From NCBI RefSeq assembly GCF_000002865.3, contig NW_001865084.1, positions 174,133 to 224,463 on the forward strand: 50,331 nt of DNA, read 5' to 3'. This DNA comes from Monosiga brevicollis MX1 (Eukaryota). Below are positions 24,372 to 35,486 of the stretch, piece after piece. A program made the position numbers and the translations under genes. Below the pieces are notes generated by a model. That model saw nothing but the letters and a program-made list of their open reading frames with translations. It searched no databases and had not been told where the DNA came from. The stretch's first letter is position 1. Every line of letters begins with the position of its first letter.

Positions 24372-27254
24372 CTAGACAAAGAGATCGTGCTTTTTGTAAT
24401 CGCCTTGCGATTCAAACTCGGTGGGATCCTCACCCAGTTCCCGAAGCCGGGTTTCTAGGCGCCGGACGTACTCCTAATTTGAATGATACAAAGTCAAGGT
24501 GCGATTTGGCTTGACATCTGGAGGTAAAAAAAAAAACCTCTCACAAGGCTGCAAAAGCAAAAAAACTTACGCGAGCATCCAAGCGGGTCATGAGCTTCTT
24601 ATGGCGGATGTCAAGCGGATCATAGTCACGTGTTTGCTTGTCCTTGAAGTTGACCTGTCCCGCAGAAGCCAATGGGTAATGAAAAGGGTTGTTACGTGAA
24701 ACATGCCAAAACTGCTAAGCGCCCGTGACGAGAGGACAGGCAGCAAGGATCAAAGCACAAGAAACATACGCGGTCAAACCACCACTCGCGCACATAGCTC
24801 ATGTAAACGATGGGGCGAAAACTTGGCGAGCGATTGTGAGTGCCACGATGGTAAATAGAGACGTCAAACAGCACGGCAGAACCGGTGTCAGCGGCAAGGC
24901 GATGCAGCGGAGTGGGCGAGTTGGTCTCATCATAGTCCTTCCAGGTTTTACGCTGCTAGAGGCAGGTGACGACTTGTCAGAGTGACACAGGATGATGGCC
25001 GGAGAAACGGTAACCGATAAGAGTTTGTATTTGCGGCTGGACACCTCACCATTGGCCAGTGTGAACCGGTCATAAACTCGGTGGGACCCACTTCTTGCGT
25101 CATATTGACCAATGGCACGATATTGACAATACCCTGCGGCGTGGGACAGCAGGGCATCGGAAGTTGCATCAAAAGACAAGTACAACAGAGTCCGCGCGGT
25201 TGAAACAATCAGAGGGCAATGGAATACGTGCGAAACTAACATGGCAGGGCATTTGTCGACTCGGGTCAGTTTGCCACAACGGATATAGCATGCCGACGTC
25301 CGCGTGCCAAGGCTGCCAACAGTGCAGGCATGTCAGAACAAAACTTTGTGGGTGTGGGGTTCAGCTGGGGAGGAAACTTACCTGATGTGGTGCCCCAGCC
25401 CGAGATGCCACATAGCTGAATGTGTCAATCTCAAACCTAGGACATGACGTGGTGGGGTAAGCACGAGGCAAAGATCTGGCGAGTGGCCTCAGCCGAGATG
25501 GGTCAGTGTGACCTCACCTGGCACCAATGACCGTCTTGAGAAGGCCGAGCATGATCCGGTTTGCAATGAGGTCAGAGTCGATGAATGGGCTTTTCAGAGG
25601 AAACTTGACCTCGTAGCGATCGTCACTTCGGCTGGCAGCGTCGGTGTATTCTTGGAGAGTGTGGCCTTCCTTGGCCAAAGCGCGCAGTTTGGCATCCCAT
25701 GCTTGCCAATGCGGCTGCGTAAAAAGAACAAGCCGCCATGTCAAGTGTTGGCAGGAGGGGTGGGTGTGTAAGGGTGCATCCTGTATTCACGCTGCATGTG
25801 TGTGTGTGTGTGTTTGGTTGTTGCAACGGTGCAATGCCAACCTTGGTCTCGTTCAGGAGCTGGTTGATAAGTTTTTTCTTGTATACATCCTTGACGACAG
25901 CTACGCCACAAACCTTCATAATGACATGAAAGCGGTGGGCCGTAGATGTGCGCAACGGACCGCGGCTAGAAAAACGAGGCAAGAGGGGGAAGATGTCAGC
26001 CACGACCCGGGCAGCCGGAAAGCGGGGAACAAATGCGCGTGACCCACTATTCACTGGGGTCGAGGGTGACGGTGAGGTTGTCGGGATGAGCGCAGAGAGT
26101 ATGAGCAGCATCAAAAACTCGGCCCTCCTTGAGCTGTTTGAAGGCCCGTTTTTCAGCTTGATAGCGCGCACAGTCCACCCTGCATGGTGACATGGCCACC
26201 AAAGACAAGCGAGAGACAGAGAGGGAGAGGAGGAAAAGGACATGAACTCCATGTGTTTTGTTAGTCAATGGCGGGCAAGGAGCTAGTCAAGAAGAAGCAT
26301 ACGCAAGACATTTGCGCGGAAACCGCCGACGAAAGGCTTGATGGAGGTCTGGCAAGAGTTTCAAAGCTTGCTGATCTCCTGAGGTACACGGGACAGTAGA
26401 TATGATCAAGGGCAGAGGGCTTGCGGGCGACTGACTGAGCTAGGCCGGTCGCGGTAACGGCGACGGGTGCTGGGCCTCACCGAGCCAAGCGGCGAGCTCG
26501 AAAGCTTGCCGGGCTTCGCGATACAAGCGCATGCTCTAGAATCGCGCCAAACTGATGAGAGAAGAGCCTTGGCATCTCAAGCTAGAAATGGTGATTGAAG
26601 TAGCACGTAGGCTGCAAACCTTGCGCGTCTCGGCCGGGCCCATGCGGTCGGCCAGGTCCTTGGAAGCAATGGCAATGTTTGCCCATACGTCTTGGCGGTG
26701 GCCTTGGTGATAACTGGCAGCCCTGAGGATCGCGACATGTCATGTTGTTGCATAGCACCACAATTAAAAAAAAAAAAAAAACAGCCGCAGCAGACGAGCA
26801 GGGCTAGCCTGAGTTGCCTCAGCCCCCTTGGCCCCTTTCGGGCGGGGGGTGACCGTACGGGGAACGACTCGTACCTAAAGAGATCAAGTGCTTCTGCAAT
26901 GTGCCCACGCTGGGCCGCTGCCACACCTTGAGAGTTGAGCTGCTCCACTGGGTTATAATCCTTGTATTCGTAATCATCAATCGTCTCTGCTGGATCAAGA
27001 GCCACCTCCTACGTGGTCACGAGCAGGTGAGCAGGCCTTTACGAGGCAGGAAGTAGTTGCAGCTGTGACACCACCTCAGATTGGCCCGGCTCAAGATGAG
27101 CCACCGGGAGAGCAGTGTCAATGCAGTCCGGGTCATCTGCCATGCAGTATTCCGCAGCTCCAGCCTGAACTGGCACGGCACTGGGCATGAGGAACAGCAG
27201 CAACACTGCCAGTGCGCTGCACGGTAGCATCAGCCGATCCCGTGCCCCCAGCAT
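24372..27254 (-). CDS. Signal-peptide protein with TPR-like helices and a PhyH-like Fe(II)/2-oxoglutarate dioxygenase domain; about 13 exons
   Basis: Hydrophobic leader LAVLLLFLMPSAVPVQA. TPR-like LNSQGVAAAQRGHIAEALDLFR. Facial triad Q|PWHADV...YHRG, VPLVNMTQEVGPTEFMTGSH, GSAVLFD, NRSPSFRPIVYMSY. Last exon ends KKHDLFV*. Confidence 0.82.
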
Positions 27255-27348
27255 CACGCTGGTCTTTCGTTGCAATGACAGTTTTACAGGTCGATTCATC
27301 GCATGGACTTGGCACCTATCACATCAAGCCTCATCGGCACCAGCATTC

Positions 27349-27480
27349 GCTGCTGGTGCTGGTGGTGGTGTTGGTGCTAGTGCTGGTGGTGGTGGTGCTG
27401 CTGGTGCTGGTGCTGGTGCTGGTGCTAGTGCTGGTGGTGCTGCTTGTGCTTGTGCCGCTGCTGCTGCTGGTGCTAGGGCT
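27349..27480. repeat. GCTGGT/GCT low-complexity tandem repeat in the divergent promoter region
   Basis: Directly visible; produces spurious Ala/Gly, Pro/Ala and Ser/Thr ORFs. Confidence 0.85.
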
Positions 27481-28023
27481 GGGCTGCAAGATCGATCGGC
27501 AGCTCGGATGCTCGTCGTCCAGTGCCGCCCACCGCTCGCTCGGGCCAATGATGAAATAAAAAATCCAGACCAAACGTTCACTGCGTTCGCAGACCGCATG
27601 CAACGTATGACCGTCACTGCATTCGCCCACTGCAATATTTTTTGTCTGACATTGACGACAGGTTTGGGCTGGATGAGCTCGAGTTGGCAGAGAGAGGTGC
27701 TCAGTGCGATAAACCTCCGAAGCAAATATGAACTGAAATGCAGAGGTTGCGACTCATTGCTGCTCAGCATCAGAGAAGAAGCTCTCTCGGGCAACGGTCA
27801 ACACGAGCAACAGGAACCCTCGTGCAACCTGCATAACTTGAGTTATTGTTTTTTTTCTGCGCGCGCACGCAAAACGGCAGTCGAATCAACGTCCAATTTG
27901 GACGGGGAACCAACCTGTTGGAATCTGGCTGGTAGCCTGTGTGCATATTTGTGTGCGTGTGTGTGTTTATCCTTTGGAGCGAACAGGTTGCGGTTGAGGG
28001 GTTGCCGGTGGACTGGCACCATC

Positions 28024-31000
28024 ATGTCGCGCTTGAGCGAAGAGGAGACGCTGGCGGCGCTGCAGGAGCGTACGTAGAGGGCGTTGTGCAGTCTTCGATG
28101 CTCGGCCCAGCCTGGCCTGTCTGGTGACAAAGCTTGACATGCGGGTGTGCCTTCTCTCTAGTCTTGCCCAACTTTGAGGATGAGGGCGTCCTAGAGTATA
28201 TTGTAGGCATGCTGATGGATTTTGATCCCAGCGAGACGCCCGATAGCATTGCCGAGTGTGTCTCTCTCTCTCTCTTTCGCGCGCGCGCACTCGCTCTCTC
28301 TTTCTACCGCCCGGCCCTAAGTATATCGACTCTTGCCCAGGCAGAGCCATACACAGTGTTCATGCTCAGTCATTGTCGACCCCCATGCAGGTTCTTGGAC
28401 GGCTACGTCGACGATGACGAAATTCGACCCCTGGTCGATCGCATCACGTACGCTGTCATCATCTGCGCCTTTCTGGCCAAGCTCGTCAGTTTGAAAGCCG
28501 CTCATGCCTCATCATCTTTGTTCTTCCTTAGAGCCCGGGTTCTGGGCCAAGACACTGCTGACGGGGCCACTCCCAGTGCGTCCGCCTCGGCTGCTCACAA
28601 TGACCACGACGATGAGAGTACGCTCCGAAAGAGTTCAGCCGATTAGCGTCTGCCACACTTTCATTTTTCCCCTCTCACAATTGGTTGTGTTGCTTTTCCA
28701 GAACGCCTCTTGCTTGCAGCTCCCGTCATTATGGCTCAAAGTGCCCGTGACGACGAGGCCAAGCTGGCTGCTTCTCAAGACCTGATGACCAAGTCAGTGC
28801 TGCTGATCGCTTGCTTGTTACCAGCTCCTCCCTGGTGGTTGCTTGCCAAGGGCATCGCTCATCACCAACTCTCCTCGACCATCACCGTTAGAACTTATAT
28901 CAATACAAACGAGGCCATGCAGTCCTGGGCTGATGAGGACGATGTGGCTGACGTTGGTCTCTTGATCCCTCGCGATGTGGCCTCGCTTCACCATGCGCGA
29001 CCGCATGCCCATCTGCACAACCCTCCTCTGGTGTCGCCTGCCTTGTTGTCATCCTCAATCAACCGTATCAACCCTGAATGTTTTAGAGTGTGGAGGCCAT
29101 TGAAATGCGGGCCAAGCTCAAGAAAAAGACGGAGAAGCGTGAAAAGAAGCAGCTCAAGCGTGAACGCGTTGTGGCCCCGCGCCGCACCGCCATGCTCGAG
29201 GCTCTCACCACCCGTCCCGTCGTCATCCACACGTATGCCGCATGGCCCTGACAGCAGTCTTGGAGCTTTGGGAGCGGATCATATCTTCCAACTCAGAAGA
29301 CTATTCTTTCGACTCACGCTCCTCCTGCCCTTGATGCTTGCTTTGTGCCTCACAGCGTCATTGGCGAAGATGGCAGCTACGGTGGTAGCCCCTGCGTGGA
29401 TCTTCATCTAAACGACATCAATATTGATCTGGCTGGTCTGACCATTCTGGAGGACGCCAAAGTCACCCTGGCCTACGGTCGCAAATATGGCTTGGTTGGC
29501 CGCAACGGTGTCGGCAAGACCACCTTTCTCAAGCATCTGGCTGCCAAGGGTATGCCCCGGTTGTTGTTTCTGCAACTGCTGTATTAAGACAAGACATACA
29601 TGCCTGCGAGTGCCATAACCGTACCCGATTTGTCGCTCTGGCAATTGGTAGCCCTGGATGGGATTCCTTGGTACCTGCAGGTGCTGCACATTGAGCAAGA
29701 GGTGCCAGCCTGTGATTTGAGCCCCCTTGAGCTGGTTTTGGAGTGCGACGAAGAGCGAGCTACGTGCGTGCATTTGATTTCACTCCGACTCTGCATTGTG
29801 ATGACCTTTGTCCCAATCTTTGACCTCTCCCGTGGGAAAATGCTCTTTTCGCTGGCAGTCTTTTGAGGGAGCGGAACTGGATTGAGAAGGCGTTGAATGA
29901 CGACCCCAAGGTTGGTGTTTTGTTGGCTTGAGGTGCATGCGATGAACCTGAACGCCCACAACACCGGCAAACGTTGATAGGCAACCGCGCCAAAAGAAGA
30001 GACGCCCGACATTCCCGTGAAGCCTGGTGGGTTGCGGTTGAATGGACGTTGGTCAGTGGCACACAAGGTGTGCCCAGTTGCTCATGCTTGTGGCTGGACA
30101 GGCGTGGACTTGCTCGACCGTTTGGGTGAAATTTACGAGCGTTTGGAAGAGGTGAGTTTGGTTTTGGTGCCACACGTTGCAAGCCAAGAGCAACATGCGG
30201 CCTTGTCTCCATGCTAACTAGGCTACAATTTCGTTGGGCACTTGGCTATAGATTGATGCTGACAAAGCCCCCTCCAAGGCCGCCACCATTCTTTCGGGTC
30301 TCTCTTTTACTCAAAGCATGATGCGCAAGCCCATCAAGGTCCGAAGGCCGCTCAACCTTGCTTGGCGGTTTGCACGGCACATTCATCTTACCATGGCCGC
30401 AGGAATTTTCTGGTGGTTGGCGCATGCGTGTATCGCTCGCCCGTGCGCTATTCATTGAGCCCGGTACGCATTTTTAGCACTTTAAACCGCCTAGCATACG
30501 GTGTTCTGCATGCATACGCACATGTTTCCTGTCATGCTTGGGTCGACTCACGCCTTGGTTTTGCGTGACTACCCGAATCCGTGCTCAGACATGCTTTTGC
30601 TTGACGAGCCGACCAACCATCTTGGTGCGTATTGCCTTGCATTACCAGAGTCCGTTTTTGCGACACTTGGCTCGGCCTGCTTATACCGGCTGTTTATCTG
30701 GTACAGATCTTCATGCGGTGCTGTGGTTGGAAAACTACCTCCAAAACTATGAAAACACCGTTGTGATTGTGCGTGACACGCCTTTGCGTGTGTTCGTGCT
30801 TGGGCTCGAGTGGCTTCCTGCCTTTTGTGACACGCGAAATGGGGTTGATCATGGCCTTTTGCGTATTCCGTGCGATCAGCGCTTCCAGCCTTCACTTCCC
30901 CTTCATATTCGCTTGCTTGCAGGTGTCACACGCCAAAGGCTTTCTCAACTCTGTGTGCACAGGTCTGTGATCTTGCCGTTCTAGTCGTCTTTTCTTGTTC

Positions 31001-32922
31001 TGATGCCCTGTTTGGCCCTATTCTTGAGCAGGCTCGAGGCTAATTCTGTGATACTGCTTCTATACCGGCGCACCCTACCCTATTTGTTTCTTTGCCAGAC
31101 ATCTTGGAGATGCGAGACCGCCAGGTGCATCGCTTCAAGGGCAACTTCGATTCGTTTGAGGATCAAAAGTGAGTTTTGACAAAACACCCTTTGCTGTTAA
31201 TCTATTTTGAGCATCCAAGACTGGCCCTCACGTTCGTGCGCTCAGGTCCCACAAGATGGTCCAGGACGAAAAAGCTCGCGAAGGCTTGGAGCGGAAGCGA
31301 TCGCAGCTGCAAAGCTTTATCAACAAGAACATTGGCGGTGGCGCCAAGGGCGCCAGCATGGCCAAGTCGCGCCAGAAGATGCTCGAGAAGATGGCATCCC
31401 TGCCCGACGATGTGTCCACCGATCCCACCGTTCGGTTCAAGATTCCCAACCCTGGTAGGTCTGGGTGGTGTGGTGGCGATGAGAGGCGGCAAGAAGCTGA
31501 ATAGGCAGGAGTTGTTTGTGCTCAAGGGCGTCTCAATGCTGGGCCTTGACAATTGGCATTTCAATTATGGCGTAGGTCACGTCGCGGGTGGGTTTGGTAT
31601 CCGCTTGGTGGGCGTGGGCTTTCACTACCCAGATGCACCAATGCTCTTTCGCAACGTGGAATTTTCCATCAACCAGGTAAGCGCTCCACGGCGCCAGGGA
31701 GAGGGCTGCATGCTTGTCATGTTGGAACTGCAAGCTCATCATCCTCGTGCGGGACATGACAGAATTCGCGAATTTGTCTGGTCGGACCCAACGGTGCGCT
31801 CGTTTTGTACTGCTTCTTCTCGCCCGGTCTATGACTCAAAGCCAGATGGCGCATCGCGTCATGCGGTTCTCTTGCCTTCGATGTGCTTGCTGCCGCTTGG
31901 GTGCTCTTATTTTCCTTCTGCGCCTTGACGTTATAACGCTTTTTTTTTTCTCCTTTACTGCTGCAGGTATTGGCAAGTCGACCTTGCTCAAGATTGTCTA
32001 CCAGGAACTGGAACCCACTGAAGGCATGGTGACGCGCAACCAAAGGCTACGCGTGGGGCGTTTCAGCCAGCACCATGTCGACGAGCTCAAGGACAAGAAG
32101 TCGGCTTTGGAGAAGGTGGGTGGCTCGAGGAACTGTGGATATCGCGGCCGCAAACCCCGTGGCTCAGTGGGTTGCTTGCTTGCTTGCTGCTGCGTCGTTC
32201 TGGGTGTAGTTTCGCGACTTGTACCCTGCAGACCCGCCAAACAAGATTCGCAAGCACCTGGGATCAATGGGCATTCAAGGCGACATGCAGCTGCGGCCCA
32301 TCAACACTTTGTCTGGTGGCCAGCGCTCGCGCGTGGCGCTGGCCCTCATCACGTTAGTTGTTCTTTTCCTGCTTCACCCAAGCAAAATTTCTTTTGATGA
32401 TCGCTCACACCTGCTTTTGTGTGATATGCATGTAGGTACGAGGAGCCCCATTTGCTCTTGCTTGATGAGGTGACCAACCATTTGGTGAGTTGCAGGGGAG
32501 ACCACATGCGTGCTGCGGGGCGGGGCCCAGGGAAAAGCCAGTCATTGTTTGTGTGTTCAAGGGAGGCCCCTCACTCCGGATCTTTTTTATTTTTATTTTT
32601 CTTTTCCTCAAGGATCTGGACACAGTCCAAGCCCTGATCCACGCCCTAATGGAGTATCAGGGTGGCGTGATGATTGTGTCCCACGACGAGCACTTGATTA
32701 CAGCGGTGCGTCGCGGCGCGTCGCTGCCACAGAGAGTTTTGATGGGATGGCCTGGTGTTGGGCTGGTGTTTGTCTGACATGGCACGCGATGGACTGCTAT
32801 AGGTGTGTGATGAACTGTGGATCATCCAAGATCAAAAGGTGGTCCTGTCCAAGGGTGACTTTGAGGACTATAAGAAGGGCATTGTTGCCCAGTTCAACCA
32901 TGGCAAGAAGAAGCGGGCTTGA
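28024..32922 (+). CDS. ABCF3: ABC-F family ATPase, ABCF3/GCN20-like, with no transmembrane domains; about 26 small exons
   Basis: N-terminal helical region (VLEYIVGML). NBD1 [47 protein letters not shown]2 [45 protein letters not shown]. Linker [13 protein letters not shown]. Confidence 0.92.
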
Positions 32923-34070
32923 TGTTTGTGCACATGGTAATCAATCGGATGAGCCTTTGGCATGTTGCTTCCGGTATCATGTGCAGATTTGCGCTGACAA
33001 CAGCAAGCACCTTTTGTTTGACAGAAAGAATGGGGTTTTTATACATTTCGTTGAAAAAGTGTGGGTTCAAGGATGCTCCTACGTAGACCAGGATGCCATA
33101 GGGTCACGGATGATGGGCGCAGGAGTTTCATACGTGATGAACCCCCTTTGGAGTTTCTAAGTGCCGAAGCTTCGTGAGCAGCCAGAACCGAGCACTTGAA
33201 AGGTCTTTAGTTGATTCATGATGAGAGAACAACGAAATCCTGTAGTACAAATACGCAACCTTCAAATTGGCAGTGCGGGGTCAGCCCCACACGGAGTTGG
33301 GAGATGCTAGAGAAAGAGGAGAGGATCAAGAGAGGACGAAGTGGGAGAAGAGAGGAAGACGGAGGGAGGCGCATGAAGCACAGAGAAAGACTAAGGACAG
33401 AGACGGTGAGAGAATCAGAGAGACGAGGGAGAGACGTAGAGATTCTGAGCGAGATGGCGAGAGAAAGAGAGCGTGAATCAGTGAATCACATGCCGCGAGT
33501 GGCGGCGCTCAGAGGTTTCATCCGGGTCTTCTTCACGAATTCTTCCTTGCAACGGGTCACATGAAACCGAGACCTCCTCGCATTTTTCATCCTCTCCCGG
33601 AAATGGTAATGGCATCGCATCCGACCGAAGCCGACCAAGATCTCGTCGGCGCGACCCCCCCGCTTTAGCTTTCTGCCGTCACAACACCCCACCTGCCTGT
33701 TTTTTATTCCTTCCTGTCATCTTCTCTCTGTCTGAGGGCTGTCATCGGCTCTCGTCGCCTTTTCCCCTCCCGCACTCTGCACTCCAGAACACACCGCCTC
33801 GCCACCGCCCTATCTCCTCGCTTGTATCCTCGCCCGTGGTACTTCAAGCCCTCTGGCAGCAACGGCTTTCCCAACTTTTGATCTTCTGCAGGTCTGTCTG
33901 CCCGTCTGTCTGCTGCCTGTCAAATCCGTCTCCTGTCGCTCTATCTGTCACCTGCCTGTCTCTATCTGTCTCTCCTCTGGCCATTTCTGTTGTTCCGTCC
34001 CTCGTCTGATTTTGCCTGCCCGCCTCTGCTCTGCGTGCGCGTCCCCCCCCCCCCCCCACGCAAAAAAATA

Positions 34071-34128
34071 NNNNNNNNNNNNNNNNNNNNNNNNNNNNNN
34101 NNNNNNNNNNNNNNNNNNNNNNNNNNNN
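34071..34128. other. Assembly gap
   Basis: N run. Confidence 1.
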
Positions 34129-35486
34129 CACTTGACTTGCCACACACAGACCTGTCAGGCCACGCGTCATTCTTCCCCCCACCCCCGCTTCGGCAAAGCC
34201 CATCCCCAACGCTCCCCCCTCTGCACGATTTTTTTTGTTCCCTTTCTCTCTGTTTTCTTTCCTTTTTTTGTTTTTGCCTTTCTTTTTCTGTGTGTCTTTT
34301 CCGTTTGTTCTTGTGTTCTGTTCGCCGACAACGTCCACCACCTGCACGGGGGTCATGCGCTGTGGGCTGGGTGGGTATGCACCATCCCATGGGCCACCTG
34401 TCCTTGCGTCCTTCCGATATGCAATGTGGTGGTCGCACACGTGCACGGGAATGAGTCCTGTCCCGCTCTGATCCGGGCTGCTCATGTGCAAGCAGGCACC
34501 CCATCCTGCTGGCTGACCTTGACTTCTTACCGCTGGCCATCCAAAGTTGTGCTCCCTCCCTTGTGTGTTGTTGGTGCTTGCCCGCTCGGTCTAATCAATG
34601 TGAACCATGTGAACAAAGTTGTTTTTTTTTCTTCTTTTCTTGGTTGACCGTTGTTCCCGTTCCCACTGGCGCTTTGATCCCGGCTGACGACGTGCCCTGC
34701 CCGACTGACCCTTGTAGACAGAGCACTGATGGTGAAAGAACCAGGCGTTCTCAAAGTCAAGGAGCACCAACCTGGCCCAGCCCCAACACTCCTCTCCCTC
34801 TTCCTCTCCCTTCCCTCCCTTTTGCCTGCTTGTGTGCACCAAATCACCAAGGTGAGATATGATGAACTGAGCTGCCAGTGTTGGATTCGAGCGCATTGAC
34901 TGCTTTGCCGCCCTTTGGGCATCCTCTTTCAATGAACATGTTCCCGATCACCCGTTTTCTCTCGCGCTTCTTGCGTGTTATCGGGCCGTGTCCTCGTGCA
35001 TCAGGCTCGGTCTTTTCGTTCTTTGGTCATCTTTGTCCCCCTTCCCCCCCTCTCTTTATCCTTTGCTTTGGGTTTAACCTGCTTTCCTGCTATCATGTCG
35101 ACTCGCTTCCCTTATCGCTCTCGGCATCTCTTCCATTATCCATCCTCGCTCGTGCGCTCTTTCTCATTTTATCCTGACCGCCCGTCCCACTTTGCACTTT
35201 CAACGCCCAAATCTCATCGATTGCCTTTTGCACCGCCACTATCTATTAGCCCTTTCAAACGTCGGCTGCTTTGCCATCTGTGGACGGAAGAAACAAACAG
35301 ACCTGATCATCTCTGGCTCGCCCATGACAGCTTGACACCATGACCTGAGGATCGCGCTAAGTTCACCCTCTTCAACCGTCAAACCCTTTGCTCCATGAAA
35401 AACGCAGCCAGCAAGCTTGCTGTTTAGTTTGAACAACGAGCAAGACGCCCGGGGCGAGCAACGCGCCTAGCCTGCGCACCATTCTC

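Noticed and set aside
26047..26049. Apparent in-frame TAG in the dioxygenase (readthrough or pseudogene?)
   Set aside because: It spans a splice donor: TA|gt...ag|C gives Tyr and continues in frame as RGPLRT
27187..28077. Ala/Gly-, Pro/Ala- and Ser/Thr-rich ORFs on both strands
   Set aside because: Products of the GCTGGT repeat in an intergenic divergent promoter
33844..35436. Several 100-215 aa ORFs upstream of the bZIP gene
   Set aside because: Low-complexity, gap-spanning, no domains; probably 5' UTR, intron or promoter, though small upstream exons cannot be excluded
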